NCBI GenBank assembly: GCA_031424375.1
Contig: JANPHH010000146.1
Coordinates: 5,148 to 69,147 of the forward strand
Direction: 5' to 3'
DNA length: 64,000 nt
DNA from: Chthoniobacter sp.
GTDB taxonomy: Bacteria > Verrucomicrobiota > Verrucomicrobiia > Chthoniobacterales > Chthoniobacteraceae
Below the pieces are notes generated by a model. The model was not told the DNA's origin and searched no databases. It was given only the letters and a program-made list of their open reading frames with translations. Positions 13,385-23,625 of this stretch are shown in pieces. The position numbers and the translations under genes are program-made. Positions within the stretch are counted from its first letter, which is position 1. The number at the start of each line of letters is the position of its first letter.

Positions 13385-14916
13385 CCGCCACGCTGCTTCG
13401 CAAAGAATGGCAGCAGCACCGGCTCTCGTTCCTGCTGCTCGCGCTGCTCACCTTCGCGACCGCCAGCCTCATCGCCGCGGCGAATCACGCGCGCGGCCAG
13501 ACCGGCAGCCTCTTCGACGCGCAGTTGGCTGTGCTGCGCCTCATTCTTCCGCTCGCCGCATGGGTGCTCGGGCAGCGCCTCGTCACCCACGAGTTTCGGG
13601 AGAAGACGCAGCTCTTTCTGGAAGCACTGCCTCTCCCGCGCTGGCTCATGATCGCCGTGAAGTATGCCGCCGGTCTCACCGTCGCGTTCTTCCTCACCCT
13701 CACCACACTCGCGGCACTCGCCGCCTTCGGCTGGCGCTCGGAGCATCTCACGCCGCGCTTCCTCGGGATCCTCACCGCGCGCACCGCGGCATGGACGTGG
13801 TGCGCGTTCACCTTCTTTTTTCTCACCGGCTTCTTCGGCCGCTACCGCCTGCTTTTCCTCCTCGGCCTCGTCGTGCTCTACGTGCTCGTCGATCGCTTCA
13901 CCGAGTTCCGCCCCGCCGAGTTCGGCCCCTTCGCGCTCATCGACGGTCGTTTCCCCTACGAGAATCTCGTCTTCCCCCTCACCGCCCTGCTTTCCACCAC
14001 ACTCCTCACGCTCGGCCTGCTCGCCCTCGTCTTCGTGCTCGGCGTAGCGCGCGATGGCACGATCGGCGCGCGGCTCGGCGAACGCATGGCGCAGAGCGAA
14101 AAACTTTTCCTCGGCGCGATCTGCCTCGCCGGTCTCACGACCTTCGGCGTCTTCGGCTTGCGGAAGGAGCGCACGCCCTTCGATCTCCCCGGCGCGACTG
14201 AGGAGAGCCGCGGTGAGGTGGTGGTGAAAGTGGCCGTAACCCAGGAATCCGAGCGCGCCCGCGGAGCGGCGATCGGCGCCCGCGCGGCCGACGAACTCGC
14301 CGCGCTCCGCAGCTACCTCGGCGTCGATTCGCTGCCCGCCGTCTTCATCGTCCTGCGGTCTGATTTCGGCGCGGCGCAATACGAGCGGGTGAAGCTCGAG
14401 AAATCCGATGACCTCGTCATCCGGGCGAATTTCACCGCCGAGAAATTCGTCGACCGCGACTTCCTCGACTTTCTCATCCGCGACCTGCTGCTCCTCCGCA
14501 GCCGCGAGCGGCTCTCGATCGAAAATCAGGTGTGGGTGCTCGATGGCTTCGCCGAGCTGTGGAAAGAACGCGCCGGCGCCGCGAATGCGGACAAACTACG
14601 CGCCACCGCCAGCCGCACGGCGGGCACCGGTTTTTCCCGCGCTGAGTTCCGCGCGTGGCGCAGGTTTTCGAAGCGGGTCGGAAAAGAAAGCGCCCGCGCC
14701 ATCGCCTGGAGCGCGTTGCACTCCCTCACCCGCCATCACGGCGAGGACGCCACGCGCGACTTTCTCCGCAGCGTGCTCAGCCCTGTCGCGGCGCACGACG
14801 CTCGCGCCACCGTGCGCGATTTGTGGCAGCCCGTGCCGTCCCGCCTCGCGGCCGCAGCGGGCGTTTCGTTCGATCAATTTTTCGCCGAGTGGCAGCAGGA
14901 TCTCCGCACGCCCTGA
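13381..14916 (+). CDS. ABC-2 type permease with C-terminal extracytoplasmic (degenerate peptidase-like) domain
   Basis: LLRKEW start, E...T..FL..LPL.R......K permease motif, multiple TM helices. GTG start overlaps the ATPase stop. Confidence 0.75.
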   Translation: MTATLLRKEWQQHRLSFLLLALLTFATASLIAAANHARGQTGSLFDAQLAVLRLILPLAAWVLGQRLVTHEFREKTQLFLEALPLPRWLMIAVKYAAGLTVAFFLTLTTLAALAAFGWRSEHLTPRFLGILTARTAAWTWCAFTFFFLTGFFGRYRLLFLLGLVVLYVLVDRFTEFRPAEFGPFALIDGRFPYENLVFPLTALLSTTLLTLGLLALVFVLGVARDGTIGARLGERMAQSEKLFLGAICLAGLTTFGVFGLRKERTPFDLPGATEESRGEVVVKVAVTQESERARGAAIGARAADELAALRSYLGVDSLPAVFIVLRSDFGAAQYERVKLEKSDDLVIRANFTAEKFVDRDFLDFLIRDLLLLRSRERLSIENQVWVLDGFAELWKERAGAANADKLRATASRTAGTGFSRAEFRAWRRFSKRVGKESARAIAWSALHSLTRHHGEDATRDFLRSVLSPVAAHDARATVRDLWQPVPSRLAAAAGVSFDQFFAEWQQDLRTP

Positions 14917-14921
14917 CCCCG

Positions 14922-16796
14922 ATGCTCCTCCTGCTCGCCAAGGAACTCCGCGCCCTCCGCGCCGTCATCATCTTCATCGTCTGCCTCGAACTCGTCGGCA
15001 TCTGCGCGGTTTTCTGGACGGAGTTTCCCGACCGCCTCACCCTCACGCATCAGCTCACCCACGAGAAGGGCGCCACCGACACCTCCAGCTCGCTCGCCCT
15101 GACCAGCCTCGTGCTCTGTGCCGGATTGCTCGTCCGCGAACGCGACGATGGCACGCTCTCCTTTCTCGACGGCCTGCCCGTCACCCGCACCCGCATTTTT
15201 TTTGGCAAGCTGCTCGCCGCGCTGCTCATCCTCGGCGCCGTCGTGGCGTTCGAGATCGGCGTCGCCGCGCTCTTTCACTTGCTCTCGCGCAGTTCGCTGG
15301 AGGTCGCTTTTCCGCGGCGGTTGCTCGCCACCATGCTCGGGATCCATTCGGTCATCGCCTTCACTTTCGTGAGCGTCGCGCTCGCGCTGTCCTTCCTCCG
15401 CCGCTGGATGTTTCTCGTCCTCGCCTTGCTCGTCTGGGCGTTCATTTTCGCGCGGCATGTCCGTGCGCCGCACATCGATCTCTTCGACCCGTTCGTCCTC
15501 GCCACCCCCGCCCTGCACGCGGGTCGCTGGATCGTGCCTTGGGCAAATGTCGGCGCGCTTCTCGGGGTCGGCATCCTCGCCGCGGCGATCGCCCTCGTCG
15601 GATTCCACGCACTCGGCGACGGCGCGTGGCTGATCACCCGCCGGCTCTCGCGTTCCATCCTCGCGCGGATCGCGCTCGTGCTCGGCACCGCGCTCATTCC
15701 CATCGCGTGGATCAGCCTCCTCTTCTGGGTGGGCAAAGACGCCGCCAGCGATGAGGACCACGACTGGAATCCCGCGGCGAGCGACCCGGCGACCCGCACC
15801 GACACCGCCTGGTACATTTTCATCCACCGCCAGAGCCAGCGGACCTCGGTGAAAGCGCTCGCCGACCGCGCGGAGGAGATTCAGGGAAAGGTCGCCACAT
15901 TCCTCCAGAGCACCCCGCTCGAGATCACCGTCGACACGACCAGCAACCTCGCGCGCCACAACGCCGGGCAAGCCTACTGGCGCAAGGTGAAGATGCGGCT
16001 CGACGCCGAAGACGCCGCCGACAACGCCGCGGTGCTCGGTCACGAGACGACGCACGTCTACCTCGACCAGCTCAGCGAATTCAAACTCACCGGCGTCTTC
16101 GCGTCCGTCCGCTTTTTTCACGAAGGTCTCGCGAGCTACCTCGAGCACCGCTTCTTCCGCGACGCCGCTGCGCTGCGCGCCTTCCGCCGCGCCGGCGTCG
16201 TCTCGCATGCGTGGCAGCCCGTGAGCTTCGAGTCGCTCGCCGATGACGACGCCTTCCGCCGCCAGCGCAGCGCCGATCTCGTCTACCCGCTCGGCGAGAT
16301 TTTTTGCGCCGCGATCGTCCAACTGCACGGCGACGAAGCCTTGCCAAAAATCGCCCGCGCTTTCGCCCGACCCGGCGCGCCGAAAGACCTGAAGCACCTC
16401 GAACTCTGGCAGGACACGCTGCAATCCTGCGGCTACAGCCTCGAAGCCGTGCTCGGCGAATTCCGCCGCCAGCTCGACGCGCTCGTCGCCGAAGATCGCG
16501 CGTTCATCGACGCCCTGCCGCGGCCCAAGGCCACCGTCGAACTCACCGCGACCGAGATCATCATCCGCCCCGAACCCACGCCCACGATCAAGAGCCGCCT
16601 CGTCTGCCGCACCCGCCCCACGGCCGACGCCCCCGAATACGAACTCGACAGCCCACCGCGCCAGCCCGACGGCACTTTCCACCTCTCCCGCTCGCTCTAC
16701 GGCTACGGCACGTTTTGGTATCAGCTCGGCTGGCGCGTGGAAGATTCCGCTCAGCCGTTGCTCGACGCCTGGCACGAAGCGCCGCTCGGTCGCTGA
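14922..16796 (+). CDS. ABC-2 type permease fused to gluzincin (HExxH...E) metallopeptidase-like domain, ~624 aa
   Basis: LLAKELR start, RERDDGTLSFLDGLPVTR...GK permease motif, then LGHETTH and FHEGLASY. Confidence 0.8.
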   Translation: MLLLLAKELRALRAVIIFIVCLELVGICAVFWTEFPDRLTLTHQLTHEKGATDTSSSLALTSLVLCAGLLVRERDDGTLSFLDGLPVTRTRIFFGKLLAALLILGAVVAFEIGVAALFHLLSRSSLEVAFPRRLLATMLGIHSVIAFTFVSVALALSFLRRWMFLVLALLVWAFIFARHVRAPHIDLFDPFVLATPALHAGRWIVPWANVGALLGVGILAAAIALVGFHALGDGAWLITRRLSRSILARIALVLGTALIPIAWISLLFWVGKDAASDEDHDWNPAASDPATRTDTAWYIFIHRQSQRTSVKALADRAEEIQGKVATFLQSTPLEITVDTTSNLARHNAGQAYWRKVKMRLDAEDAADNAAVLGHETTHVYLDQLSEFKLTGVFASVRFFHEGLASYLEHRFFRDAAALRAFRRAGVVSHAWQPVSFESLADDDAFRRQRSADLVYPLGEIFCAAIVQLHGDEALPKIARAFARPGAPKDLKHLELWQDTLQSCGYSLEAVLGEFRRQLDALVAEDRAFIDALPRPKATVELTATEIIIRPEPTPTIKSRLVCRTRPTADAPEYELDSPPRQPDGTFHLSRSLYGYGTFWYQLGWRVEDSAQPLLDAWHEAPLGR

Positions 16797-16809
16797 GCGC
16801 GCTTCTTCA

Positions 16810-16872
16810 TCGTCCTCGTCCTCCTACTCGTCCTCGTCCTCGATCTGCAGCCTCGAGGACGAGTAGGAGATC
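16810..16872. repeat. Intergenic palindrome with CTCGTC-type short repeats
   Basis: ctcctactcgtcctcg pairs with cgaggacgagtaggag; tandem (ctcgtc)n. Confidence 0.6.
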
Positions 16873-16907
16873 GAAATTTCCTTCGGGACCTCCTTTAGTT
16901 TCAACCC

Positions 16908-17777
16908 ATGCATTTCTCCTCATCACTCGCCGCGCTCGTCGCGTGCCTCTTCCCGCTCGCCCCGGTCCACGCCGAACCCGCGACACCGCGCGTGCTCGCC
17001 GACCTCGCCTACAAATCCGGCGACGCCGTCTCCGACTACGAACGCGAACGCTGCAAGCTCGACCTCTACCTGCCCGTCGGCGCACGCGAGTTTCCCACGC
17101 TTGTCTGGTTCCACGGCGGCGGCCTCACCAAGTGGCAGGAAGATCAGGAATTCACCGCGCAGAACGCCCGCACCCTCGCCGCCCGCGGCATCGCCGTCGC
17201 CGTAGCCTACTACCGGCTTAGCCCGCGCACGCCCTTTCCCGGGTATGTGGAAGACGCGGCCGCTGCGGTGGCGTGGACGCGCCAGCACATCGCCGAGCAC
17301 GGCGGCGCAGTGGAAAAGATCTTCGTCGGTGGCCACTCCGCCGGTGCGTATCTCAGCTCGATGGTCGGCATGGACGCGCGGTTCCTCGGCAAACACGGGC
17401 TCGCGCTCGACTCCCTCGCCGGCCTCGTCCTGCTTAGCAGCCAGATGATGACGCACTACACGGTGCGCGCCGAACGCGGCATTCCGAAGACCACGATCGT
17501 CGCCGACGAAGCCGCGCCGATCTACCACTCGCGCAAGGACGGACTCCCGATGCTCGTCCTCTACGCCGACCACGACATGCCTTCGCGCGCCGAGGAAAAT
17601 GCCTACTTCGTCGCCGTGCAGCACATGGCGGGGAATGACCGCGTGATCGGCCGCCAGATCGCCGACCGCGATCACACCGGCATCGCCAAACGCATGTCCG
17701 AGCCGAACGACGAAACAATGGCGTCCGTCATCGACTTCATCGAAAATCGCGCCGCCGCGCGCACCGTGAAACCATGA
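16908..17777 (+). CDS. Secreted alpha/beta hydrolase (HSL/BD-FAE-like esterase)
   Basis: LDLYLP, HGGG oxyanion motif, GHSAG nucleophile, signal peptide. Confidence 0.88.
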   Translation: MHFSSSLAALVACLFPLAPVHAEPATPRVLADLAYKSGDAVSDYERERCKLDLYLPVGAREFPTLVWFHGGGLTKWQEDQEFTAQNARTLAARGIAVAVAYYRLSPRTPFPGYVEDAAAAVAWTRQHIAEHGGAVEKIFVGGHSAGAYLSSMVGMDARFLGKHGLALDSLAGLVLLSSQMMTHYTVRAERGIPKTTIVADEAAPIYHSRKDGLPMLVLYADHDMPSRAEENAYFVAVQHMAGNDRVIGRQIADRDHTGIAKRMSEPNDETMASVIDFIENRAAARTVKP

Positions 17778-18814
17778 ACCGCCTCTTCCCGACTTTGCTC
17801 CTGCTCGCCACTTCGCTGACTTCGTGCAGCTTCGCCCGCCCGCCCGCCGGACGCTTCGAAGTGCTCGAGGTCGCGGGAGAAAAACTGCGCGACAATCCGC
17901 TCGGCGATCCTGCCGCGCGCCGCGTCGCCGTCTTCATCCCAGCGGACGCGGCACCGGGGAAGCCGCTCCCGATCGTCTACTATCTTCCCGGCTACGGCGG
18001 ATCGTCGGATGATTTCATCGCGCAAGGGGAACGCTCCCCGTTCTTCGCCCTCGTCCAGCAACTCGCCGCCGACGGCCTCCCGCTAATCATCGCCGTACCC
18101 GATGGCCGCAACCGCTTCGGCGGCAGCCAATATCTCAACTCGCCCGCGCAGGGAAACTACGCCGACTACATCGCCGATGACGTCGTCGCCGCCGTCGAAG
18201 CCCGGCATCCCATTCGCCCCGGCAGCCGCATCATCGCCGGCCACTCCAGCGGCGGCTACGGCGCGCTGATGCTCGCGATGTCGCGACAAAAGGTTTTCAG
18301 CGCCGTCGTCGCGCTTTCGCCGGATAGCGACTTCGAAGTCACGCACAAAGGCCTCGTCTCCGAGCCCGCCATCCGCCGCCTCAGTCCACGCGACGTCGAC
18401 TCTTTCTTCGGCCCGGCCAAAACCGCGCCGCGCGCCGACGAAGCTGTCCAACTCGTCCTCGGCCTCTCCGCCGCCTACACGCCCGCCAAGCCCGGCCGCA
18501 TCCACTGGCTCTACGACGCCGAGAGAAAGTGGCAGCCGCAAGTCTGGCAGCAATGGCTCGACCTCGACCCGCTGCTCATCGTGAGGAAAAAATCGGATGC
18601 CTTTGCCCCCGATCAGCGCATCTACCTCGACGGTGCTTCGCACGACGAATGGGGATTCAACGTCAGCGCGCGCAAAATTCACGACGTGCTCCGCGCACGC
18701 GGCGCGAAGGTCACTTTCGACGAGCCCCCCGGCGGCCACAGCGACGGCCTCGTCGAGCGGCTCGCGCGCGGAGTCGCGTGGGTCTTCGAGAAACCGCTGC
18801 ACGGCGCACGTTAG
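17774..18814 (+). CDS. Putative esterase (Fes-like alpha/beta hydrolase), probable lipoprotein
   Basis: LTSC lipobox, DNPLGDP..R, GHSSGGYGA, GGH catalytic His. ATGA overlap with the upstream gene. Confidence 0.85.
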   Translation: MNRLFPTLLLLATSLTSCSFARPPAGRFEVLEVAGEKLRDNPLGDPAARRVAVFIPADAAPGKPLPIVYYLPGYGGSSDDFIAQGERSPFFALVQQLAADGLPLIIAVPDGRNRFGGSQYLNSPAQGNYADYIADDVVAAVEARHPIRPGSRIIAGHSSGGYGALMLAMSRQKVFSAVVALSPDSDFEVTHKGLVSEPAIRRLSPRDVDSFFGPAKTAPRADEAVQLVLGLSAAYTPAKPGRIHWLYDAERKWQPQVWQQWLDLDPLLIVRKKSDAFAPDQRIYLDGASHDEWGFNVSARKIHDVLRARGAKVTFDEPPGGHSDGLVERLARGVAWVFEKPLHGAR

Positions 18815-18866
18815 CCGCCCACTCAGCGCACTTCCCCTCCGCGCCGCCGCCGCCTATATCGACCGC

Positions 18867-19922
18867 ATGTCCACCTCCACCGACTCCATCGGCTTCGCCA
18901 TCATCGGCACCGGCATGATCGCCGAGTTCCACGCCAACGCCATCGCGCTCGTCCCCGGCGCCAAGCTCCTCGGCGCTTACGGCAACATCCCCGAGCAGCG
19001 CGCCGCCTTTTGCCAGAAGCACGGCATCCGCGAATACGATTCCCTGGAAGCCGTGATCGCCGATCCGCTCGCACACGCCGCGACGATCGCCACGCCGAGC
19101 GGCTTGCACGCCGCCGTCGCCGTGCCCGTGCTCGAAGCGGGCAAGGCCGTCCTTTGCGAGAAGCCGATCGACGTCACGATCGAAGCGGTCGACGCAATCC
19201 TCGCCGCTGAGAAGAAGGGCAACGGTCGGCTGGCCTGCGTCTTTCAAGCACGCTTCGGCGCCGGCGCACAGAAGCTCAAGGCAGCGATCGAGGCCGGGCG
19301 CTTCGGCCGGCTCACGATGTGCAGCGCCTACATCAAGTGGTGGCGTGACCAGGCCTACTACGGTACCTCCGGCTGGAAGGGCACGTGGAAGATCGATGGC
19401 GGCGGCGCGCTGATGAATCAGGGTGTCCACGCCGTCGACCTGCTCCAGTGGCTCGTCGGGCTGCCGGTGGAAGTATCGGCCTTTCACGCCACCCTCGCTC
19501 ATACCATGGAGGCCGAGGACACGCTCACCGCGATGCTCCGCTACGAGCACGGCGCGCTTGGCGTGATCGAGGCGGCGACGAGTGCGTGGCCCGGTGATGA
19601 TTTGCAGATCGAAATCTGCGGCGACAAAGGCAGCGCCACCATCGTGAACGACAAGGTCACCCGCTGGGAGTTCGCCGAACCGCAACCCGGCGACGCCGAC
19701 GTGTTGAAAAATGAAAACGCCGGCAAGATCGGTGGCGGTGCCGCCGACCCGAAAGCCATCCCCGTCGAAGGGCACCGCCGCCTCATCGAAGACCTTGTCG
19801 CCGCGATCCGCGAAGGCCGCCCACCACTCATCCCCGGCACCGACGCCCGCCGCGCCATCGCGCTCATCCGCGCCTGCTACGAGAGCGCGGCCACGCGCTC
19901 GGTGGTGAAGGTCTCGCGCTGA
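18867..19922 (+). CDS. Gfo/Idh/MocA family oxidoreductase
   Basis: Motifs GTGMIAEFH, ATPSGLH, CEKP, GGGALMNQGVH. Confidence 0.93.
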   Translation: MSTSTDSIGFAIIGTGMIAEFHANAIALVPGAKLLGAYGNIPEQRAAFCQKHGIREYDSLEAVIADPLAHAATIATPSGLHAAVAVPVLEAGKAVLCEKPIDVTIEAVDAILAAEKKGNGRLACVFQARFGAGAQKLKAAIEAGRFGRLTMCSAYIKWWRDQAYYGTSGWKGTWKIDGGGALMNQGVHAVDLLQWLVGLPVEVSAFHATLAHTMEAEDTLTAMLRYEHGALGVIEAATSAWPGDDLQIEICGDKGSATIVNDKVTRWEFAEPQPGDADVLKNENAGKIGGGAADPKAIPVEGHRRLIEDLVAAIREGRPPLIPGTDARRAIALIRACYESAATRSVVKVSR

Positions 19923-20040
19923 GCGAAACCGCGCCTTGCAGACTCCGCCCTCCCGTTTCGTCGCCACTGGTCCCGGGCGCGTTGGTGGGCTGCATACCCG
20001 AGCACTTGTCTTCGCCTGCTCCGTGGGGGATTGATCCGTC

Positions 20041-21324
20041 GTGCATTTATCGTTCTCCAACCTTCTCCCCTTCGTCCTCGCGTGCCTTCTGGCTTCGAGG
20101 GCACCGGTGTCTGCCGATACACCGATTTCCCCCAGCATCCTCCGCCCGGTGGGCGCGGCGGAATGCTGGAATGTGATTCGGCTCGCCACGAACAACGTCG
20201 AACTCCTTCTCAAAGAGAACCGACTCTCCGAGATCCCGGTCCAAATCTCCTACTGCAGCCCGGCGCTGCGCACCTTGCCACCCTTGGCGGCGCCCCCTGA
20301 GGCGTTCGCGAAAATGGAGCCCCTCGTCCAGCGATCGTTCACTTCGGTGAATGCGATCGCGTCCGCCGCACAACAGGGGAATCCCGGAGGCGTCACTGGC
20401 GCTCTGGCCGGCTTACGCGCCGTCCTGCAGACCATGGCGGAAGGCTTCGACCCCGCCGTCGTGGCTGCCGACATTTTTGTCTGCCCGATGCACTCCGACG
20501 TCCTTTCGAGCAATGCGAAAACGCCCTGCGTGAAGTGCGGCATGAGCCTGCTCACGCGGCGCATCCCATACAGCTTCATCTATACCGCACCGGGCGAACC
20601 CACGATCCGATTGACGGCGACCGCAAATGCTCCAGTCGAAGCCGGGAAGAAGATCGAGGTAACCGTTCGTATGGAGAAAGCCGACAAGTCGCCCCTCCTG
20701 CTCGCCGACCTGCTGGAGATTCACACCCAGCCGATCCATTTGCTCATCGAAGAGCCAGGGTTGGGCGACTACCACCACGAACACCCCACTCCCACCACCA
20801 CTCCGGGCGAGTATCGCTTCTCCTTCACGCCCACGAAAACCGCGCCGTATCGCATCTGGGCCGACATCGTGCCGGTGACGACGGGCCTGCAAGAACTTCC
20901 CTTTGTCGATCTGGCGTCGTCGGGAAATGCCGATGCGATCGAGGATCAAGAAAACCGCTTCACCTCCACGGCTGGCGGTTACCGATTCACGCTGACCCTC
21001 TCCGGCGGGGAACGCGTTCCAATAAAGGCGGGGAAGGCCCGCTCGATGGGCATCACCATTTCAGATTCGGAGGGCAAGCCGACGACCACGCTGGAACCAT
21101 TGATGAATGCCTTCGCGCATCTGGTCGGGTTTTGCGACGACTACAAGACCGTCATCCACCTGCACCCAACCGGCGGTGATATCCTGGATCCCAAACTCCG
21201 CGGCGGGCCCTCCCTCGGTTTCACCCTCTTCGCTCCCCGCCCTGGATTCATCCGGCTTTACTGTCAGGTGAGCATCGGTGGCAGGATGCTTTTCGCCCTG
21301 TTTAATCTAAACATTGAAGAGTAG
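20041..21324 (+). CDS. Secreted heavy-metal-binding domain protein
   Basis: GTG start and signal peptide. CPMH....CVKCGMSL metal-binding motif. Two His-rich domains (HTQPIHL...YHHEHP and AFAHLVG...IHLHP). Confidence 0.75.
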   Translation: MHLSFSNLLPFVLACLLASRAPVSADTPISPSILRPVGAAECWNVIRLATNNVELLLKENRLSEIPVQISYCSPALRTLPPLAAPPEAFAKMEPLVQRSFTSVNAIASAAQQGNPGGVTGALAGLRAVLQTMAEGFDPAVVAADIFVCPMHSDVLSSNAKTPCVKCGMSLLTRRIPYSFIYTAPGEPTIRLTATANAPVEAGKKIEVTVRMEKADKSPLLLADLLEIHTQPIHLLIEEPGLGDYHHEHPTPTTTPGEYRFSFTPTKTAPYRIWADIVPVTTGLQELPFVDLASSGNADAIEDQENRFTSTAGGYRFTLTLSGGERVPIKAGKARSMGITISDSEGKPTTTLEPLMNAFAHLVGFCDDYKTVIHLHPTGGDILDPKLRGGPSLGFTLFAPRPGFIRLYCQVSIGGRMLFALFNLNIEE

Positions 21325-21597
21325 CCCCAAACGCCCCCTGAATTCCGGACGCCCCGAGCGCTTCCCGGCGCAGTTGTAGGGCGTTTCTCCGAAACGCATC
21401 CCCAATCCACACCAGGCGCTCTTCCCCCTTGGACCTGTGGCACTAGGCCTTCTTCGGGCGCAGACGGCCTGGATTTTTCGCGGGAGGGGGTTTTCACCGC
21501 TAGTTTCTCAGCCCGACCGATGCAAGGGAAACACCGCGGGCGCGTCAGGACGGCTGCTGCATTGGAAGGCCGCAGAACGTAGGCGGACTCCTGAAGT

Positions 21598-21640
21598 TCT
21601 CTGAATCCGTGTCACCGGCGGAATCCGTGGTGCCTCCCAT
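21598..21640. repeat. Half copy of the ACCACGGAT...ATCCGTGGT palindrome family
   Basis: ctctgaatccgtgtcaccggcggaatccgtggtgcctccc resembles 32073-32112. Confidence 0.5.
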
Positions 21641-21735
21641 CGCTGATTTTAGGATTGAAAATCCGGCCCATGTTTTTCGCACTCCCACAAGCTGCATCGC
21701 TCCGTCTCATCGAAACTACCGATTTTCAGAGCGCC

Positions 21736-21810
21736 TGTCATCCGGAGCGGAATGGAGGGAGCCTGAGCGACTAGAATGAAGTCGAGGGGACCTCGGATGA
21801 CCGGAAATCG
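21736..21810. repeat. Truncated (left half) TGTCATCC-family REP/MITE-like element
   Basis: tgtcatccggagcggaatggagggagcctgagcgac...gtcgagggga cctcggatgaccgg matches the left arms at 58970, 61227 and 63782. Confidence 0.75.
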
Positions 21811-22131
21811 CGCGCCCCTCCAAGCCGGAACGATGCAGTAGGGGGCGATCTCACGTGCGAGAATGGGAGCACACGCGCCCTCGCAGGTTGGGGTTCGGCG
21901 CCCTCGCCGAATCCCGCTCGGGGTGCGTCCCCAATCGGTGGATGTTTTCTCACGGCGGCCGATCGCCGGAGGCACCAGTCGGAACACGCGAGGGCACGTG
22001 TATTCCCCTTTTCCACTGCATGGATTCCGGCTAAGGGCAGACGTCGTCGCCATCGTCTGCCTCGCAGACCCGGCACGACTCCGTTTCCCTCCGCCGATGA
22101 TGGCTTCCTCTCTCGAGTTCCGGTAAACCCT

Positions 22132-23619
22132 CTAAGTCATGAATCCGAGGTTGGAAGTCGGAAAGCGAGTCACATTCGGAAAGATGCTGCCGAGGTCCGG
22201 TTCCTGGACTCCGAACCAGCGGGCGATCGTCGCGGCATGCTGGTCTACGGAGGTCGTCGGGAGCCAACGACCCAAGCCGGTGTCGTCCGGCCCATTGATC
22301 TCCAGAATCGGCAGGTGCCCAAAGGTCTGACCGCCTTTGACGGCGCCACCCATGATCATATGGTGGCTACCCCACCCATGGTCGCTCCCTTGGCTGTTCG
22401 TCGGGAGCGTCCGCGAAAAGTCGCTCGCGGTGAACGTCGTGACTTGATTGGAGACGTTCAGTTGTTCCATGGCTCTCTGAAAGGCGAACATGCATTCACT
22501 GATGTCATTCAGCAGGTTCGCGTGCGTCCCGGTGGTCGAGGTGACTGTTCCGTTCGCGTTGAAGGTGACCTGATTGGTGTGGGTATCGAAACCGCCCGTC
22601 GAGCAGAAGAAAATCTGGCGTTTCATGTCGAACCCTGTCGGTCCCCGCGCGGCGATCAGCCGCGCGATCATCTTCAACTGGTTGCCCAAAGTGGAGGTGG
22701 GAAACGGCGTCGTCCAAACCCACGTCCCTGGCGGAGTGTCAGTCGATGTGGCGGTCGCTGCGATATTCGTGTTCAGAAGGTCTCCGGTGGAAATGGCCCG
22801 CTCAACCACATCCGCATAGGCGTTGCGCTGCAGATTGGTATCGCTCAATCCGAGGATATTCTTCATCGACTGCACCTTGGTTGCACCCAGCGGCGTGGTT
22901 CCCTGGGACAGAGTCACTGCACCCGTGCTCGAGACTTGGTATTGAGATACGAGGTTTCCAACCTCGAACGTATTGGCTCCGTTGAGTGACACCGACATCG
23001 ACACTTTGCCGGTCGGGTTCGCGGACGAATTGAGGTAATCGGCGACCCGGCCTCCCCAGCCGGTGACGGGCGGTTGGTCAGGGATGGACGTCTGCCACTG
23101 CGTGACCTGGTCGCTGTGCGAAAAGACTTGAGGAGGCCGATAGTAGGGCAATCCGGAAAGATACTGGGCCCGCGTAGTCGGTCGGACGAGAGTGCCGACG
23201 TTCAGCGTCACTGCGAGTTTTTTTTCACCGAAGAGAGTCTGCAGTTCCGGACAAGTCGGGTGAAATCCGAAGTTATGCCCATCGGTATCCTGATACGCTG
23301 GAGCGGTGACCAGCGCTCCAGTCCGCATCGTCAGAAGCGAGCTTTGGGGGATGGCCAGGATTCCGCGCAAACCGGCGTATTGAGTGTAAGTCGGCGTATC
23401 CTTGGGTACGACCCAGTTATTGGCGTCGTTCCCTCCCGAGAGGAAGAGGCAGACCAACGCCTTGTAGTCGGTGATCACGGGGGCCGCCGCCATGGCGGCA
23501 TTGATTAAGCGCAGATCGCGAATGGTGCTCTTGAGCGCCATGGTGCCGACTGCGGCGCACGACGCCTGACGGATGAAGTCGCGACGCGTGGTGGGTTTGA
23601 GGTATTTCTCGGAGTCCAT
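22132..23619 (-). CDS. DUF1501 family protein with twin-arginine signal (copy 1), 495 aa
   Basis: Motifs TRRDFI, YKALVCLFLSGGNDANN, FSHSDQ, GWGGR, GGFDTH, SDFSRT...GSDHGWG, PTTSVDQ. Confidence 0.92.
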   Translation of the reverse strand: MDSEKYLKPTTRRDFIRQASCAAVGTMALKSTIRDLRLINAAMAAAPVITDYKALVCLFLSGGNDANNWVVPKDTPTYTQYAGLRGILAIPQSSLLTMRTGALVTAPAYQDTDGHNFGFHPTCPELQTLFGEKKLAVTLNVGTLVRPTTRAQYLSGLPYYRPPQVFSHSDQVTQWQTSIPDQPPVTGWGGRVADYLNSSANPTGKVSMSVSLNGANTFEVGNLVSQYQVSSTGAVTLSQGTTPLGATKVQSMKNILGLSDTNLQRNAYADVVERAISTGDLLNTNIAATATSTDTPPGTWVWTTPFPTSTLGNQLKMIARLIAARGPTGFDMKRQIFFCSTGGFDTHTNQVTFNANGTVTSTTGTHANLLNDISECMFAFQRAMEQLNVSNQVTTFTASDFSRTLPTNSQGSDHGWGSHHMIMGGAVKGGQTFGHLPILEINGPDDTGLGRWLPTTSVDQHAATIARWFGVQEPDLGSIFPNVTRFPTSNLGFMT

Positions 23620-23625
23620 ATGGGC

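Noticed and set aside
21325-22131. 800 bp gap as a possible CRISPR array, ncRNA or gene
   Set aside because: Contains only fragments of palindromic repeat families. No regularly spaced direct repeats, and the short ORFs lack coding character.
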